Source: Phoronis australis (Eukaryota; Animalia; Phoronida). From it: a stretch of 64,000 nt of DNA. Location: positions 563,294-627,293 of the forward strand of contig NMRA01000041.1 in the NCBI GenBank assembly GCA_002633005.1. The letters run 5' to 3'. The notes under the pieces are model-generated. The model made no database searches and was not told the DNA's origin. It saw nothing but the letters and a program-made list of their open reading frames with translations. A program made the position numbers and the translations under genes. Positions 60,729 to 64,000 of this stretch are shown here, piece by piece. Numbering within the stretch: the first letter of the stretch is position 1; every line of letters begins with the position of its first letter.

Positions 60729-62481
60729 ATGGTTAAACCGTGGAGCCTGATGCCTGGTCCGAAGGCGTACCCCATCTTCGGTTCCCTTCTAAGATATTCC
60801 CGGTTTGGTGAGTTACTACATCAAAGAGTACACATGCCTCTGTTAGTTTACTTCTTGCGTTTTGAAGGACCTTAATCAATGGAATTTATATTGCGAGCAA
60901 TAATTTTTGCACTCAGGAAACATGAAACGAGCTCACTGGCACACATAACAAAACTACAAGGTATCTACACGTATATATCAGTTGCAGGGACACGATGGGT
61001 AATGAAATATTCATAAAAATAACTAGAGCTTAACATAAGAGGGTTTTTGTTACGAAATGTTTTATGGTGACCAAACACTTCTGAATCAACTTAACAAGCA
61101 TGAATGTGTATAGAGTAGAACATATTTTCCCTTTCTGCAGGCAAGTTTTCCTTTGATCGAATGCACGAGTCTAAAATGGACGGATTTCAAAAGTATGGCA
61201 AAATCTACAGAGAACAATTTGGACCAAGTACCATTGTTCAGTTATTCGACCCAGCCGACATCTGCCGTGTATTTCGAGCTGAGGGCAAGTACCCTAACAG
61301 ACCCGTGTTGCCCATCGTGAGTGCAGCAATAAAAAGGGGCGACTTCAACCGAGGTATTGGCCACACGTGAGTACACATACAATCGCTTTTTGATGGTCAT
61401 ATGATTGAAAGGGGCGCTTGAATCGGATTCTTAAAGCTCTCATTATCAACCATTGCTTGTAACTGAAATTTCTGCAAACAGGAAAACCGGCCATATTTAG
61501 AGACTGCCTCCATGGAGGCATACGGAGCAGCTTGTGTAGAGTATTAATGTGAGGATTTCCCAAAGCTGTCACTGCAGGTTGAAAACTGTCCAAATGTTGT
61601 ATTTTTCTATTTACAGTTTTATTTTTCTGTACTTTCAACGTTTGCTTAACCTGCTACGCCGCAACGCTAAAATGCTACGCTTTTTAACATGCTCCAAAAA
61701 TCTCACCCCTGTTTCCGAAAAAATGTTTAATCGTAAAATATAAAAAGGGTATATACGTACGCAGTTTCCTCAAAACCGCTCATTAAAAACACCACAAAGT
61801 CTAATACTTTGCTTGCTGCTCTGATGTAAACTCGGAACTACGCCAGGGAGAATAATAGGTAAAGTAATATGTAGATAGTCTCGAGCACAAAACTGTTCTT
61901 AGTACATTTCACCCGTTGATCTGGATGAAGCCGGGTGAGCGTGTAGGTAGCATAAAGAGGAACGCTGTTTAGAAAACTAAAATGTGTGATTTTTCGTGGG
62001 TGGTTGCACTGATAAAGCTTATCTTGTGCGATGCAGTCACGATACGACAGAAATATAGGCCGTGTGCCGTAGCTCCAGTCTTGTCATAGAAATGTGCAAG
62101 TTTGAACATGTGGACGTTTTACTTTTATCAAATACGATAGTTTGTGATATCAACTAAAGACCTCAAAACAAAATTACCCCAGAATGTGATCACAGAAATG
62201 TTTTTGTAAGCTTCCTGTGGCCCACGCCCTAGAAAAACCAAGTGAGCTCGACAATTTCTCTACAGTTTCGTCACATTTTCTGTGCAGAAATGGTGAGGAA
62301 TGGCACCGTCTCCGTCAATCTGTTAACAAGTTGATGATGTCAGTAAACGCGGCTAGTTCTTACTTACCAAGACAAAACGAAGTGGCAGACGACCTTGTGA
62401 CGTTGCTTAGAAACGCTAGAGATGACGGTACTTGTGAGGTTAAGGACGTTCGTCGAGAGATAATAAAATACACCATTGAAG
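60729..62481 (+). CDS. Cytochrome P450, mitochondrial-clan-like, 5' partial (continues beyond window)
   Basis: Exons 60729-60807 (KPWSLMPGPKAYPIFGSL proline hinge), 61141-61366 (KYGKIYRE..VQLFDPADI..VFRAEGKYPNR), 62288-62481 (NGEEWHRLR, WxxxR helix C). Phases 1 and 2 are consistent. True N-terminus uncertain because of an in-frame TGA at 60687. Confidence 0.85.
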
Positions 62482-63011
62482 GTAAATACAAAATATTGAA
62501 AACATGACAAGGAATTGCCGAAGAGCAACACTTTATAATTTTATTCAATTAACTAGGAATTTTCAGTAGAATGCGACCTGTTTTTTAACGATATGACGTT
62601 GTACAAGGCAGCTGAAACGAAGGAAGCCACGGCATCCCTCGCTGGTTCCCTACGTGCCTAGCCAACTACTGACCGCCTAGCGGCACGCAGGGGACCAGTG
62701 AGGGGTATCCCAAAAATGAAACAAAATATGAGTTTCAATTAATGGTTTTACATGGACTTAATGGCATTTTTCGTAATTCAGGAATCTCAAACTTTGCTTT
62801 ACAGAACACAAATGGTAGACGACTTGCCTCCTTTCTTCCAGTTTTCAATCACCGTCATTGTGTTGTTCGCACGTCTGTCTTTGGTTGGAATTCTTCCGGT
62901 TCCGTCTTCGTCATCGAATGCCGTCTGATCAGTACTATAGCTCTACATTGCCCAGTTTATCTGGCACAGCAACTTTGAAATTTCACGAACATTTCACTGT
63001 CACCTGTGTTG

Positions 63012-63156
63012 CATGGGCGCCGCAGCATTGAAAAAAGTGTGAGGGCTATAGCCCCCCTGTGGTGCACCGCCCATAGACCAAGGGCTGCGCAGCCGCACTG
63101 AAAAAAGGTCGGCGGGCTTATAGTCCCCCCCAGCCCCCTATGGTGCGCCGCCCATG
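63012..63156. mobile_element. Short dimeric MITE with CATGGGCG TIRs in a CYP intron
   Basis: CATGGGCG..CGCCCATG flanked by the direct repeat TGTTG; two internal similar halves (TGAAAAAA..TATAG.CCCCC..TGGTGC.CCGCCCAT). Confidence 0.65.
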
Positions 63157-64000
63157 TGTTGAAAAATTCTCGATACCTGCTCAACTGATAGCGCAAGTTC
63201 GGTTCAAAAATGGTCTCGACAATTTTGTTATCTAAATTAATTGGAGCCAACTGCTATCTCATTATGCAAAACAAACTTTGGGTGTACTGGTTCAAATAAA
63301 TAACCATTATTTTCCAGCAAAATCATTTGTTGATAGGGAACTGGTATTTCCGATTTTTTCTGGAATCCCTGTGTTAACATGTAGGCTGACCCAAGGATGC
63401 TTGTTTCCGCCGCTGACTTTTGTGAACAACAACACAGAAAAAATGCAATTCTGTAGCCGGGGACAGAACACGTAGCCGACTTAGATAAGCACATAACCTG
63501 GAACACATGACTTGCAATTGAGTTACCTGTACCGGAAACAAAAAATAAACACAAAATACAAACAAACAAAAAAACACAGCCAACTTAGCGGCAAAGCCAG
63601 TGTCCCATCTAGCCCTACTGGATGCAGATATTACTGCCCCTGCGAGCACAAATTATTGGATTAGATGCATATTGGCTTAGCCGTTATGTCGCTTGTGACA
63701 CGTACAGCTGAGTACCAAATTGAGTTCTTAAAATTCCCCGTACATACAGAATTGTATACTAGTGGCCTTCTCTGGTTTTCTGGTAAACCAGATTAACCTT
63801 GGTTTCATTACCGACTCAGTTATCGACGCAGGCCAAATCTTCTCTAAAAGCCTTCTACGGTCGCTGACATCCGTTACTGGTATGCTGCGTTGAGTATTTC
63901 CCCAAAAAATCTTGAGTGCACGGCAGAATCTTTCAAGTTGCAATCAGGAAACTGATTGAGTCAGAAAGTTCTACAAAATGTTTTTGAATTGGTTAATATT

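Overview
AT-rich, intron-rich animal genomic DNA (probably a marine invertebrate; species not determinable), from a draft assembly. Four spliced genes were reconstructed by hand with GT-AG boundaries and consistent exon phases. (1) SNX29 (RUN + coiled-coil + PX, + strand, ~3.2-23.6 kb; start exon not located). (2) A Josephin deubiquitinase JOSD1/2 (- strand, 30767-33504). (3) GTPBP1 (+ strand, 38445-48219), head-to-head with the Josephin gene as JOSD1/GTPBP1 are in human. (4) The 5' part of a mitochondrial-clan-like cytochrome P450 (+ strand, from ~60.7 kb, running off the window). Three single-N joins (10873, 12735, 22550) are each followed by a near-identical re-copy of upstream sequence. 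These are most likely two haplotypes stitched in tandem, and they expose a SINE and a PIF/Harbinger-type MITE as presence/absence variants. The most unusual signal is a recurrent pattern of tandem repeats seeded on exon-intron junctions. The best case is a frame-preserving 66-bp array in SNX29 carrying five in-phase splice donors that alternate GT/GC. Most ORFs in the supplied track are exon fragments, antisense shadows or repeat-derived.
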